Source: an uncultured Desulfobulbaceae bacterium (lineage in GTDB: Bacteria > Desulfobacterota > Desulfobulbia > Desulfobulbales > Desulfobulbaceae). Taken from it: DNA of 29,364 nt. Position 1 is the first letter of the stretch. Each line of letters starts with the position of its first letter. Below, in pieces: positions 1 to 10,896 of the stretch. The position numbers and the translations under genes are program-made. The notes beneath the pieces are model-generated. The model saw nothing but the letters and a program-made list of their open reading frames with translations. It made no database searches and had not been told where the DNA came from. Location of the stretch: contig CAMYOP010000001.1 in the NCBI GenBank assembly GCA_947260045.1, positions 1-29,364 of the forward strand, read 5' to 3'.

Positions 1-507
1 TACACGGCCGCCGGGACGAGCGGCGAAGACCGGGTAGGCGGCATTGGCCAAAACCGTGCCAGCGGTAACACAGCCAACTTTGTCGCCGGCAATGACGGGA
101 GTATGCGTTTTGACAATGGCAACATTCTCAGCACGGCGATTCCCACCGATGTATTTCTACGCTCGATGAGGTTGGATGCCGGAGCTGTTTCACAGTGGTA
201 CAACGGAGCGGTGGATTACTTGAATGACTCGACACCCAGTGGTGGCAGTATTCCGAATCCCACCTCGACGGACGATTTCTACATTGGGGATCTCCGTAGT
301 GTTACGCAGGACAGTAATACTCATCTAGTGGAGACGCTCGTCTACAACGCCGCGCTGAGCGATCTTCAAATCAACGGCGTCAACGAGTTTTTGCTAGCCA
401 ATGCACAAACGCAGCCATCTGCCGTTCCTGAGCCTTCCGGTTTCCTGCTAAGCACGCTGGGGGCCCTGGCCCTGGCATTGTTCTTATCCGGACGACGAGG
501 CTCGTAA
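1..507 (+). CDS. PEP-CTERM sorting-domain protein, 3' part only (frame open from base 1); probable LamG/concanavalin-like domain before the sorting signal
   Basis: Frame +1 has no stop from 1 to TAA at 505-507 (YTAAGTSGEDRVGGIGQNRASG...). It ends VPEPS + hydrophobic helix (GFLLSTLGALALALFLSG) + RR. The stretch FYIG...LVETLVYNAALSDLQINGVNEFL resembles the end of LamG-like domains. Hand-counted GC is about 56%. Confidence 0.85.
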   Translation, partial: YTAAGTSGEDRVGGIGQNRASGNTANFVAGNDGSMRFDNGNILSTAIPTDVFLRSMRLDAGAVSQWYNGAVDYLNDSTPSGGSIPNPTSTDDFYIGDLRSVTQDSNTHLVETLVYNAALSDLQINGVNEFLLANAQTQPSAVPEPSGFLLSTLGALALALFLSGRRGS

Positions 508-512
508 CTCTC

Positions 513-2267
513 TCTTTACTTTCCGTTCTTGATCTCACCGCCACCCCCATGGGTGCTCGATTACTCAAAAAACGTCTCCTTTTTCCCCTGCGTGATAAAA
601 ACCAAATCCAGGCACGCTTAAACTCTGTGGAATCCTTCCTGGCATTTCCTGGACAACGCAAAGATCTTCAGGATGCACTTGATCGAGTTTACGACCTGGA
701 AAGGCTTTGCAGTCGTGTAGTTTTAGGACTTGGCAATGCCAGAGACATGGCGGCCATGAAAGTTTCCCTGGGTCAACTACCTGCAATTAAAGATTTAATT
801 ACAGCATTCTCAACTCCTGATCTTTTGCAGGATATCAACGACAAGCTCGATACCCTTGACGATCTTTACCAGCTCATAAACGAGGCAATCCGTGATGATG
901 CTCCTGTTACCCTTCGCGAAGGAAATTTGATCTGTGAGGGATATAATAAGAAATTAGACGAGCTGACCACACTTGAACGAGATGGCAAACAATTGATCTT
1001 AGCACTTGAAGAAAAAGAAAAAGCAACAAGCAATATTGCAAAGCTCAAAGTCGGTTACAATAAAATTTTTGGTTATTATTTTGAAATCAGTCGGGCACAA
1101 GCCGCCTCTGTGCCCGACTATTTTATCAGAAAGCAGACCCTGGTAAATGCAGAGCGTTTCATCACTCCAGAACTTAAAGAACTTGAAACCAAAATATCTT
1201 CTGCCTGGGATGAGCGATTAAGCCTTGAATACGATTTGTTCATCGACATAAGAAACCGTATCAGTGCTCAGAGTACTCGTATACTTGACACAGCGCATCA
1301 AATAGCCCGTTTAGATTTTTTAGTGAGTCTGGCCGAAGCTGCCTCCAAGTATCATTACCTAAAACCAAAAATCACCCAGGATAATATCATAACAATCATT
1401 GAGGGAAGACATCCTGTCATTGAACAATCCCTTGAACCTGGTCGATTTGTGCCAAACGATGTTCACCTGAACCAGCAGGACCATGAACTACTCATTATCA
1501 CAGGTCCCAACATGGCTGGAAAATCAACTGTTCTTCGGCAAACAGCGCTTATAGTTCTCATGGCCCATATTGGTAGTTTCGTCCCTGTTGAATCAGCTGA
1601 TATATGCCTGGTGGATAGAATCTTCACCCGTGTCGGTGCCATGGATGATTTGCGCAGAGGACAATCCACATTCATGGTTGAAATGAATGAAACAGCCAAT
1701 ATACTCAATAATGCAACTGAAAATAGCCTGGTAATCTTAGATGAAATTGGCCGCGGAACTTCAACCTATGATGGGCTTTCTATTGCCTGGGCAGTTGCTG
1801 AAAACCTGGTTGAAAAAAATGACAAAGGAGTCAAAACTCTTTTTGCAACGCATTACCATGAGCTGACTGATCTTGCCTTAACCCATAACAGAATTAAAAA
1901 TTATTCCATTGCCGTTCGTGAATGGAACGACAGTATCATTTTTCTTCATAAGCTTATTAAAGGTGCGACCAACCGAAGCTATGGAATTCAAGTAGCAGGA
2001 CTGGCTGGAGTTCCTGACATAGTAATACAAAGGGCCCATGAAATTCTTCGCAATATCGAAAACAAAGAATATAATCAAGACGGGCGACCAAATCTCGCTG
2101 TTTCCAAAAAGAATACTGAAAAAACAAATACCCCCCATCAAATACCTCTATTTCCACCAAAGGAAGACCCACTCAGAAAGCTCTTGGAAACCTACAAACC
2201 TGAAGAAACAACTCCTCTTGATGCCCTCCAAATTTTATATAAGGCTCATGAGCTTTTGAAACAGTGA
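513..2267 (+). CDS. mutS: DNA mismatch repair protein MutS, 5'-truncated (about 584 aa of core, clamp and ATPase domains; mismatch-binding and connector domains missing)
   Basis: MutS-like sequence starts upstream of the ORF-track Met at 549: SLLSVLDLTATPMGARLLKKRLLFPL from 513. It carries Walker A TGPNMAGKST, RIFTRVGAMDDLRRGQSTFMVEM, LDEIGRGTSTYDG and FATHYHEL. Upstream in this frame the residues are non-MutS, with TGA at 429-431. Confidence 0.93.
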   Translation, partial: SLLSVLDLTATPMGARLLKKRLLFPLRDKNQIQARLNSVESFLAFPGQRKDLQDALDRVYDLERLCSRVVLGLGNARDMAAMKVSLGQLPAIKDLITAFSTPDLLQDINDKLDTLDDLYQLINEAIRDDAPVTLREGNLICEGYNKKLDELTTLERDGKQLILALEEKEKATSNIAKLKVGYNKIFGYYFEISRAQAASVPDYFIRKQTLVNAERFITPELKELETKISSAWDERLSLEYDLFIDIRNRISAQSTRILDTAHQIARLDFLVSLAEAASKYHYLKPKITQDNIITIIEGRHPVIEQSLEPGRFVPNDVHLNQQDHELLIITGPNMAGKSTVLRQTALIVLMAHIGSFVPVESADICLVDRIFTRVGAMDDLRRGQSTFMVEMNETANILNNATENSLVILDEIGRGTSTYDGLSIAWAVAENLVEKNDKGVKTLFATHYHELTDLALTHNRIKNYSIAVREWNDSIIFLHKLIKGATNRSYGIQVAGLAGVPDIVIQRAHEILRNIENKEYNQDGRPNLAVSKKNTEKTNTPHQIPLFPPKEDPLRKLLETYKPEETTPLDALQILYKAHELLKQ

Positions 2268-2440
2268 AAACATCGAATCATTCTCCTAAACATATGATGA
2301 AATACTTTTACGAATAGCCTAAGATGCAGTATATTTTCATAAGATTACTTATTACTCTGATTTTAAAATAACTGATAATCGTTACTCTTTTCAGCATTAT
2401 GCTGTCTAATTCATTCTAAGGGTAAGCGGATCCAACATAC

Positions 2441-4375
2441 ATGCTACTTTTCTTCAAATATTTTAAATGCTTGCCCGCACGCCTGCATATGCTGAGTAGA
2501 TACCTGCTGTTTTTTCTCTTTCTCCTGGCACCATTTAGCTCCCATGGCGCAGATCAGTCAACTAACAAAGAAAATAGTGATTCTTCTGTTTATGCTGACC
2601 AGTATAAAGTTGCAAAAAATTATTATTATAAACTTGAACGGGAACCAGAACTGGGTGGTGATCGTAAAAAGTGGTTAAACGGAGTTCGAAACTTTCGGAA
2701 AATCTATCTCCTTGACCCCAAAAGCGAGATTGCCCCCTCCTGTCTTTTCATGATGGGTAAGCTTCACCAGAGAATGAAAGAGCGCTTTCAGCAAGTGATA
2801 GATGGCGAGGAGGCTATTAACTATTACAAAGATGTGGCACGGTTATTCCCTAAAAGTAACCTGGCTGATGATGCGCTGTTGAAAACAGCTGAAATGTACC
2901 TTTACACAGAAAAGAATCACAAAAAGGCTGCAACTACCCTTGAGAAAATCATCAATCTCTACCCTGAGGGAGACAAGCATACCGAGGCGGTTAATCGACT
3001 TAACGACCTACTACAGAAACACGAAGATATAACTACTGGCAAGAACTCTGCAAACAAAGCTGTTCCACGCAATCTCGTGAACGTTCTTCCTGTAAAATAC
3101 TGGTCATCTGACGAGTATACACGCATCGTCATTCGTGCATCCCAACCCGTAGGTTATACGCCTCATCTTCTCGAAAAAAATTCCGATCTCCCCAGAAGAC
3201 TCTATATTGATTTTGATCAGAGCTATATTCCCCCTAAATTCAGATCTCCCATTCCAATACAGGATGGCCTCTTAAAACAGGTTCGAACTGGCCAGTTTAA
3301 CCCCACCACGGTAAGAGTGGTGCTCGATATTGAAACCATTTCTGATTATAAAGTTTTCAACCTCAATGATCCCTTTCGGGTTGTTGTAGATGTTCATGGT
3401 CAAAACAAAAATTCAGCGCACAAAACTGTCAAAAAACAGGTAGCAGCACAACCCAAAAAAAGACCAATAAGCAAAACAGGTAAAGTTCAAAAAGCTCTCC
3501 AGCCTGCTCCTGAGAAGACTGTTGCGTCTACGGCCACACCTCCTAAGCCGACACAGGCAGAACTTAAACCAGTTGAAAAGAAAGATATTATTGTAAATCT
3601 TAAGGATATAAAAAAAATAAAACCTGAGGCTCAGTTAAATACTGATCAACAGGACAATATGAACTTATCCCTTGCTCAGCAACTCGGGCTTGGTGTCAAA
3701 AAAATAGTGATTGATCCTGGACATGGAGGCAAAGACCCAGGTGCAATGGCCTTTGGTCTGAAGGAAAAAAATATTGTGTTGTCGGTTGCCCAAAACGCTG
3801 CAGAGACCCTGCGAAATCAATACGGGTATGAAGTAGTTCTGACCAGAACCCGTGACACCTACCTGCCTCTTGAGGAACGTACTGCTATTGCCAATACAGA
3901 AAAGGCTGACCTCTTTGTCTCAATACATGTCAATGCCCATCCTTCCAAGTCAGTTAAAGGGATTGAAACATTCTATCTCAATTTAGCCACCAACGCTGAA
4001 GCCATGCGTGTAGCCGCCCTTGAAAATGCGACATCAACCCATAATATCAGTGATTTGCAAGATATTTTATCAGACCTGATGCAAAACTCTAAAATTGAGG
4101 AATCTTCCAGGCTTGCAGAGTATGTGCATGGAAGTATTGTCAGTGGTCTTGAAGGGACGTATAAGGTGAAAAATCTTGGTGTAAAGCAGGCTCCTTTTTA
4201 TGTATTGATAGGTGCCCAGATGCCTGCCGTGCTTGCTGAAATATCTTTTATAACAAATCCTAGAGAATCAGAACTGCTCCGTAAACCTGAATACCTCAAT
4301 AAAGTCGGTGAACAGATTGCCGATGGTATCAGGGGATATGTCGAGCACCATACTACTGCTGCAATCAAGCGCTAA
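2441..4375 (+). CDS. N-acetylmuramoyl-L-alanine amidase (Amidase_3) with N-terminal TPR-like repeats and an AMIN domain; secreted
   Basis: Signal-like N-terminus (LLFFLFLLAPFSSHGA). TPR-like helices (EAINYYKDVARLFPKSNLADDALLKTAEMY). AMIN-like segment (TRIVIRAS...RRLYIDF...VRTGQFNPTTVRVVLD...PFRVVVDV). Lys/Pro-rich linker. Zn-amidase motifs IDPGHGGKDPGA, E(KNIVL), SIHVNA, AVLAE. The true start may be the second Met (MLSRY). Confidence 0.9.
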   Translation: MLLFFKYFKCLPARLHMLSRYLLFFLFLLAPFSSHGADQSTNKENSDSSVYADQYKVAKNYYYKLEREPELGGDRKKWLNGVRNFRKIYLLDPKSEIAPSCLFMMGKLHQRMKERFQQVIDGEEAINYYKDVARLFPKSNLADDALLKTAEMYLYTEKNHKKAATTLEKIINLYPEGDKHTEAVNRLNDLLQKHEDITTGKNSANKAVPRNLVNVLPVKYWSSDEYTRIVIRASQPVGYTPHLLEKNSDLPRRLYIDFDQSYIPPKFRSPIPIQDGLLKQVRTGQFNPTTVRVVLDIETISDYKVFNLNDPFRVVVDVHGQNKNSAHKTVKKQVAAQPKKRPISKTGKVQKALQPAPEKTVASTATPPKPTQAELKPVEKKDIIVNLKDIKKIKPEAQLNTDQQDNMNLSLAQQLGLGVKKIVIDPGHGGKDPGAMAFGLKEKNIVLSVAQNAAETLRNQYGYEVVLTRTRDTYLPLEERTAIANTEKADLFVSIHVNAHPSKSVKGIETFYLNLATNAEAMRVAALENATSTHNISDLQDILSDLMQNSKIEESSRLAEYVHGSIVSGLEGTYKVKNLGVKQAPFYVLIGAQMPAVLAEISFITNPRESELLRKPEYLNKVGEQIADGIRGYVEHHTTAAIKR

Positions 4376-4419
4376 AAAAAAGGTCCCGAAACATTCTTCA
4401 TGTTACGAGACCTTTTCTT
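4374..4419. terminator. Probable bidirectional intrinsic terminator between the convergent amidase and flavoprotein genes
   Basis: A-tract, then AAAAGGTC...GACCTTTT outer stem with AACAT/ATGTT inner stem, then T-rich tail; lies directly after the amidase stop. Confidence 0.65.
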
Positions 4420-4438
4420 ATTTACTGATTAATTCTTT

Positions 4439-5857
4439 CTACCAATCAACCATATAGCATGGATACTGCCTTTCTTCCTTAATATCAAGACCTTGCAGGT
4501 AGCGATCAATGGACTCTGCTGCCACTTTTCCCTGATAAACAGCTTTTGCAACGGTCTGAGGCCCAAGGACATTATCACCACCAGCAAATATCCATTCAAC
4601 ACTGGTTTGCAGGGTTATTGGATCAACATCATATGTACCCCAGCTGGTCTTTTCAAACTCAACACCCTTATCAACGGTGTGATTGACCTGCTGACTGATA
4701 GCTGGAATTATGGCGTCTGCCTCTATAATGAAATTGGAACCATTTTTCGGCACAGGTCGCCTTCTACCTGATTCATCAGGAGGCCCAAGCTCCATTTTAA
4801 TGCACTCAACGCCAGTGAGTTTGCCATTTTCAGAGTGTACTTTAACAGGTGCAGCTAACATTTCAATTTTAACACCCTCTTCTTCCAAATGATGAATTTC
4901 AATTTTAGAGGCAGGCATTTCATCTTTTGTCCTTCTGTAGAGAATAAAGACTTGATCTGAGCCTTTTCGCAATGCCGTCCTGGCAACATCTATGGCGACG
5001 TTTCCGCCCCCAACCACAACAACTTTTCTGCCGATGTTAATATCCTCACCTGTTAAAACTTTCCGGAGATAGTCAACACCATGGAGAACACCTTCTGTCT
5101 CCATTTCGCCATCTATGCCAAGTTTTCTACTATCATGGGCGCCAACACCAACAAAAACAGCACCATAGCCATCTTCACGTAATTGTTCCAAGGATTTCTC
5201 CTTGCCAATCTCTGTACCGAAAATAATTTCAACGCCACAATTTTTTAAGGCATAAAGTTCAGCACCAATTATATCTCTAGGCAGGCGATAGTGAGGAATA
5301 CCTACTGATAACATGCCGCCAAAAACGGGTAATTTTTCAAAGATGGTACATTTATACCCCCTTCGAGAGAGATAAAAGGCAACTGAAATACCTGCAGGCC
5401 CTGAACCAACGATGGCAACTTTTTTTCCATTTGGAAGAGCACAATCAAGGGCCATACTTTTCTTGTTCGCTACCATCCAATCGGTAAGAAAACGTTCTAA
5501 CATGCCAATGGAAACAGGGTCTCCTTTTTTGCCACGAACGCAAGATCCTTCACATTGGAATTCATGGGGACACACTCTTCCGCATACAGCTGGCATTGTA
5601 TTGGTTTCCCGATCTTTCCAATACGCTTCTTCAAATTTACCTTCACGGATCAGGCGTATAAATTCAGGTATATCATTTTTTATAGGACATCCTGTACGAC
5701 AAGGTTCTTTTTTACACTGCAGGCATCTATTAGCCTCACGAATGGCGGTTTCCTCATCAAATCCAAAAGTTACTTCCTTGAAATTTGTAATACGTTCTGC
5801 TGGAGCTAACTCTTTGGGTTCCTGCCGAGGAATGGCAAGTCTTTCTTTAGGTTTCAT
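4439..5857 (-). CDS. NADPH-dependent Fe-S flavoprotein, glutamate synthase small subunit / SudA / NfnB family (472 aa)
   Basis: N-terminal Cys clusters RCLQCKKEPCRTGCP and CGRVCPHEFQCEGSC. FAD motif IVGSGPAG. NADP-type motif VGGGNVAIDVA...YRR. C-terminal FAGGD. Start moved to ATG 5857, which follows a GAGGAGGA RBS. Confidence 0.88.
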   Translation of the reverse strand: MKPKERLAIPRQEPKELAPAERITNFKEVTFGFDEETAIREANRCLQCKKEPCRTGCPIKNDIPEFIRLIREGKFEEAYWKDRETNTMPAVCGRVCPHEFQCEGSCVRGKKGDPVSIGMLERFLTDWMVANKKSMALDCALPNGKKVAIVGSGPAGISVAFYLSRRGYKCTIFEKLPVFGGMLSVGIPHYRLPRDIIGAELYALKNCGVEIIFGTEIGKEKSLEQLREDGYGAVFVGVGAHDSRKLGIDGEMETEGVLHGVDYLRKVLTGEDINIGRKVVVVGGGNVAIDVARTALRKGSDQVFILYRRTKDEMPASKIEIHHLEEEGVKIEMLAAPVKVHSENGKLTGVECIKMELGPPDESGRRRPVPKNGSNFIIEADAIIPAISQQVNHTVDKGVEFEKTSWGTYDVDPITLQTSVEWIFAGGDNVLGPQTVAKAVYQGKVAAESIDRYLQGLDIKEERQYPCYMVDW

Positions 5858-5901
5858 GATTCCTCCTCTCACATATTCTCAACCTTGGACACAACCGGAC
5901 A

Positions 5902-5930
5902 AGATTAGCAAAAATTGCCCAATATGACAA
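5902..5930 (-). promoter_or_regulatory. Candidate sigma70 promoter for the flavoprotein gene
   Basis: TTGTCA-17 bp-TAATCT on the minus strand, between the atp terminator and the RBS. Motif match only. Confidence 0.35.
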
Positions 5931-5954
5931 GTTTGCACATTAAAAAGAATGATC

Positions 5955-5983
5955 AAAAAAAAAGGCCGCCCAAATGGGCGGCC
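5955..5983 (-). terminator. Rho-independent terminator of the atp operon
   Basis: Perfect 8-bp GC stem GGCCGCCC-ATTT-GGGCGGCC followed by a run of 9 T on the minus strand, about 25 nt after the atpC stop. Confidence 0.9.
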
Positions 5984-6007
5984 TAATTAAACAAATTTTG
6001 CTAAATA

Positions 6008-6424
6008 TTAGCTACGAGATCTTTCTGCAGCCTGTAGTCGTGCTAAAGCACGTTGAAGAGCAGCTTCAGCGCGAGTGAGGTTCATTTTCTCTGCTTTTTG
6101 CATGGCTTGAGCCAATCTTTTTTCAGCTCTTTCCTTTGCCTGCATTGCACGATCGACATCGATATCGTGTCCATATTCAGCACTTTCAACTAAAAAAGTG
6201 ATTTTATTATTGGATACTTCAGAAAAACCACCGCTTATCATAAGGTATTTGGTCTGTTTATCTTTTTTGAAGCTCAGGGTGCCGGTTTTTATTGTGCTTA
6301 AAAAAGGCGCATGGTTTGCAAGTACGCCAAATTCACCACCATGACCTGGAGCAGTAACAATGTCAACTTCATCACTGATAACTGGCCCTGTAGGAGTTAC
6401 AACTTCGAGATGAATCTGTGCCAT
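6008..6424 (-). CDS. atpC: F1 ATP synthase subunit epsilon
   Basis: HLEVVTPTG...[12 protein letters not shown]...ISGGFSEV with a C-terminal helical hairpin; last gene of the atp operon. Confidence 0.96.
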   Translation of the reverse strand: MAQIHLEVVTPTGPVISDEVDIVTAPGHGGEFGVLANHAPFLSTIKTGTLSFKKDKQTKYLMISGGFSEVSNNKITFLVESAEYGHDIDVDRAMQAKERAEKRLAQAMQKAEKMNLTRAEAALQRALARLQAAERSRS

Positions 6425-6456
6425 GAGTAAAACCTCGGTTATTCTTTTGGGCTTTA

Positions 6457-7893
<1,437 letters not shown>

Positions 7894-7922
7894 CTATCAG
7901 ATGAAGTACACACTGTACCAAA

Positions 7923-8804
7923 TTATCCTTTTAACGCTTCTGCACCACCGACAATGTCCATCAAATCACCAGTAATTGCTGCCTGCCGTGCTTTGTTATA
8001 AAGCAGAGTCAGTTCACTGATCATATCCTTACAGGCGTTCGTTGCGTTATCCATGGCTGTCATTCGTGCTGCATGCTCACTAGCACCAACCTCAAGCATT
8101 GCATGATAAACCTGAACATTCAGGTACAATGGAAGTAACACTTCCATGATCTCGCCTGGTTCTGGTTCATAAATATATGCTCCGGTAATTTCATCACTAC
8201 TACTAGCGTCAGATCCATCGCTTTCGATAGGTTTAATAGGAAGTAATTCTTCTATTGCCGGTTTTTGAACAGCAACTGAGTGAAACTTACCATATACCAA
8301 ATCTACTTGATCACTTTCTCCAGCAGTGAAATTTGCTGAAACATTATGTGATATTTCCCGAGCATTAAACATCTGGAAAGTACCCATGATATCTATGTAG
8401 GCTGCTCTGACTTTACCGGTTTTCCTAAAGATTTGATTACATTTCTTACCAACACATACAAAGCTTACTTTTTTCCCTTCAGCTTCATATTTGCGCATAA
8501 GTTTTTCTGCAGCAGTAATAATATTTGTATTAAAACTACCGCAAAGTCCACGATCAGATGTAACAACCACTATTTCAACCGTAGAGACATCACGGATTTC
8601 CATGAGTGGGAGATTACCACCTTCTGTTCCGCCTGAGAGATTTCCCATTGCCGCAGTAAATTTCTCAGTATAGGGCCTGAAAGCTTCCATCTTCTCTTGG
8701 GCGCCTCGCAGCTTAGCAGAAGCAACCATATTCATGGCTTGGGTGATCTGTGAAGTTTTAGATACACCCTCTATTTTTGTTTTGACATCCTTTAATCCAG
8801 GCAT
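7923..8804 (-). CDS. atpG: F1 ATP synthase subunit gamma
   Basis: QITQAMNMVASAKL, TSDRGLCGSFN, SEHAARMTAMDNAT, NKARQAAIT. Confidence 0.97.
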   Translation of the reverse strand: MPGLKDVKTKIEGVSKTSQITQAMNMVASAKLRGAQEKMEAFRPYTEKFTAAMGNLSGGTEGGNLPLMEIRDVSTVEIVVVTSDRGLCGSFNTNIITAAEKLMRKYEAEGKKVSFVCVGKKCNQIFRKTGKVRAAYIDIMGTFQMFNAREISHNVSANFTAGESDQVDLVYGKFHSVAVQKPAIEELLPIKPIESDGSDASSSDEITGAYIYEPEPGEIMEVLLPLYLNVQVYHAMLEVGASEHAARMTAMDNATNACKDMISELTLLYNKARQAAITGDLMDIVGGAEALKG

Positions 8805-8822
8805 GGGAAAATATCCTTTTGC

Positions 8823-10346
8823 TTAGTTAAGGCCTTTTGTCGCCTTGAAGCTCTCACCAAAGGCTGTCAATGTCCTTTTCATTTTATCTTCAATGGAGGA
8901 AGTAATTTCTTCCTGTTCTTTCAGTTCACTAAATATAGATGGCTCATTAGTTTCTACATAGGTATACATTTCCTGCTCGTATTCGGCCAAGGTGTCAACT
9001 GGTAGTTCGTCGAGATAGCCTTGAGCACCAGCAAAAAGAATTGTTACCTGTTTTTCCATCGGCAGCGGTTGATACTGCGGCTGCTTGAGAATTTCAACAA
9101 GTCGCTCACCACGGGTAAGCTGAGCCTGGGTAGCTGCATCGAGATCAGAGCCAAAACCGGCAAATGCGGCGAGCTCACGATATTGGGCGAGATCAAGACG
9201 TAGTGTACCTGCAACCTGTTTCATTGCCTTCACCTGAGCAGCACCACCAACACGGGAAACCGATAGTCCAACATTAATGGCTGGTCGAACGCCAGCAAAG
9301 AATAAACTTGGCTCAAGATATACCTGACCATCAGTAATCGAAATAACATTTGTTGGAATATATGCTGAAACGTCACCAGCCTGTGTTTCAATGATTGGTA
9401 GCGCGGTCAAAGAACCTGCTCCTAATTCGTCACTGACTTTTGAGGCACGCTCAAGCAGGCGGGAATGGTTAAAGAAAATATCACCAGGATATGCTTCACG
9501 TCCTGGAGGACGACGAAGCAGAAGTGACAATTCACGATAAGAGACAGCCTGTTTGGAAAGATCATCATAGATAATCAAAGCATGCTGACCGTTATCACGG
9601 AAGTATTCACCCATGGCACAACCGGCAAAAGCAGAGACATACTGCATTGGTGCTGGATCAGATGCACAAGCTGCTACAACAGTGGTGTAATCCATGGCGC
9701 CATGTTTCCGCAAGGCTTCAACAACCAGGGCAACAGTCGATTTTTTCTGGCCAATTGCAACATAGATACAATGAACGTCTGTCTCTTTCTGCGCGATAAT
9801 GGCATCAACACAAACAGCAGTTTTGCCAATCTGGCGATCACCAATAACAAGCTCACGCTGACCTTTTCCAACAGGAGTCATGGAGTCAATGGCTTTTGCG
9901 CCTGTGTAACATGGCTCATGGACACCCTTTCTAGCAATAACGCCAGGAGCAAGGACTTCAATTTTACTTGAATTCTTTGCGTTGATGGGTCCTTTTCCAT
10001 CGATTGGCTGACCAATACCATCAACAACACGTCCTTCCATCTCAGGCCCAACAGGAACCTCGGCAATTTTTCCTGTCCGTTTTACGATGTCACCCTCTTT
10101 AATGTTTCTAACATCACCCAGAACAGCACAACCAACGTTGTCTTCTTCAAGGTTGAGGGCAAGGCCGAAAATATTTCCAGGAAACTCAAGCAGCTCCATG
10201 GCCTGACAATTTTCAACACCATAAACACGAGCGATACCATCACCAACCGATAGTACAGTTCCAGTTTCCTTCAGGTCAACATCACTTTCGTAGCCAGCGA
10301 TTTGATCCTTAATAATCTGACTTATTTCTTCAGCTTTGATCTGCAT
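8823..10346 (-). CDS. atpA: F1 ATP synthase subunit alpha
   Basis: [44 protein letters not shown]. Confidence 0.98.
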   Translation of the reverse strand: MQIKAEEISQIIKDQIAGYESDVDLKETGTVLSVGDGIARVYGVENCQAMELLEFPGNIFGLALNLEEDNVGCAVLGDVRNIKEGDIVKRTGKIAEVPVGPEMEGRVVDGIGQPIDGKGPINAKNSSKIEVLAPGVIARKGVHEPCYTGAKAIDSMTPVGKGQRELVIGDRQIGKTAVCVDAIIAQKETDVHCIYVAIGQKKSTVALVVEALRKHGAMDYTTVVAACASDPAPMQYVSAFAGCAMGEYFRDNGQHALIIYDDLSKQAVSYRELSLLLRRPPGREAYPGDIFFNHSRLLERASKVSDELGAGSLTALPIIETQAGDVSAYIPTNVISITDGQVYLEPSLFFAGVRPAINVGLSVSRVGGAAQVKAMKQVAGTLRLDLAQYRELAAFAGFGSDLDAATQAQLTRGERLVEILKQPQYQPLPMEKQVTILFAGAQGYLDELPVDTLAEYEQEMYTYVETNEPSIFSELKEQEEITSSIEDKMKRTLTAFGESFKATKGLN

Positions 10347-10353
10347 TTGACTA

Positions 10354-10896
10354 TTATCTCCCCTTGATAGATTCTTTTAATCCATTAAGTTGCGTCCTGA
10401 TACTTCCATCCAACACAAGATCACCGACCTTGGCGATAATACCACCAATTATGTTTGGATCGACCTGAGTTTCCAGGATAACGTTTTTGCCTGTTATTTT
10501 TTCCAATGCTGCCTGAATCTTCTCCATTAAAGCATCATCAAGCTCGATAGCGGAAACAACAGAACCATGACTAATATTCTGTTCCTGATCTACCATTACT
10601 TGCATTTCATCTGCTATATCCGGCAAAATTCCTGCGCGTTTTTTTTCAACCACCAGATTTAAAAAACTGGTTAGGATTGTATCGGCTTTGACGATTTCGG
10701 CAATTTTTGCCATAACCTTCTGCCTTGCCTCAAGAGGATACAGTGGGTTAGTCAGCGAATCCCCTATTTCAGGAGTATCTACATACAACTTGCCAATCGC
10801 TGAAAGCGTTTCACTGTAGCTCTCAAATTTCTCTTGCTCTTTGCCCAAGGCAAAAAGTGCTTTCGCATACCGTCGTGCTAATATTGTTTGTCTCAC
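10354..10896 (-). CDS. atpH: F1 ATP synthase subunit delta
   Basis: [10 protein letters not shown]-terminus and [23 protein letters not shown]-terminus. The GTG start overlaps the atpF stop (GTGA). Confidence 0.95.
   Translation of the reverse strand: MRQTILARRYAKALFALGKEQEKFESYSETLSAIGKLYVDTPEIGDSLTNPLYPLEARQKVMAKIAEIVKADTILTSFLNLVVEKKRAGILPDIADEMQVMVDQEQNISHGSVVSAIELDDALMEKIQAALEKITGKNVILETQVDPNIIGGIIAKVGDLVLDGSIRTQLNGLKESIKGR

Noticed and set aside
380-661. 93-aa minus-strand ORF spanning the PEP-CTERM/mutS join
   Set aside because: Antisense to two recognisable genes and made of two compositionally different halves; not a linker gene.
5905-5925. Sigma54 -24/-12 motifs here and upstream of acp and alaS
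   Set aside because: GG-to-GC spacing is 8, 9 or 11 nt in each case instead of the required 10.
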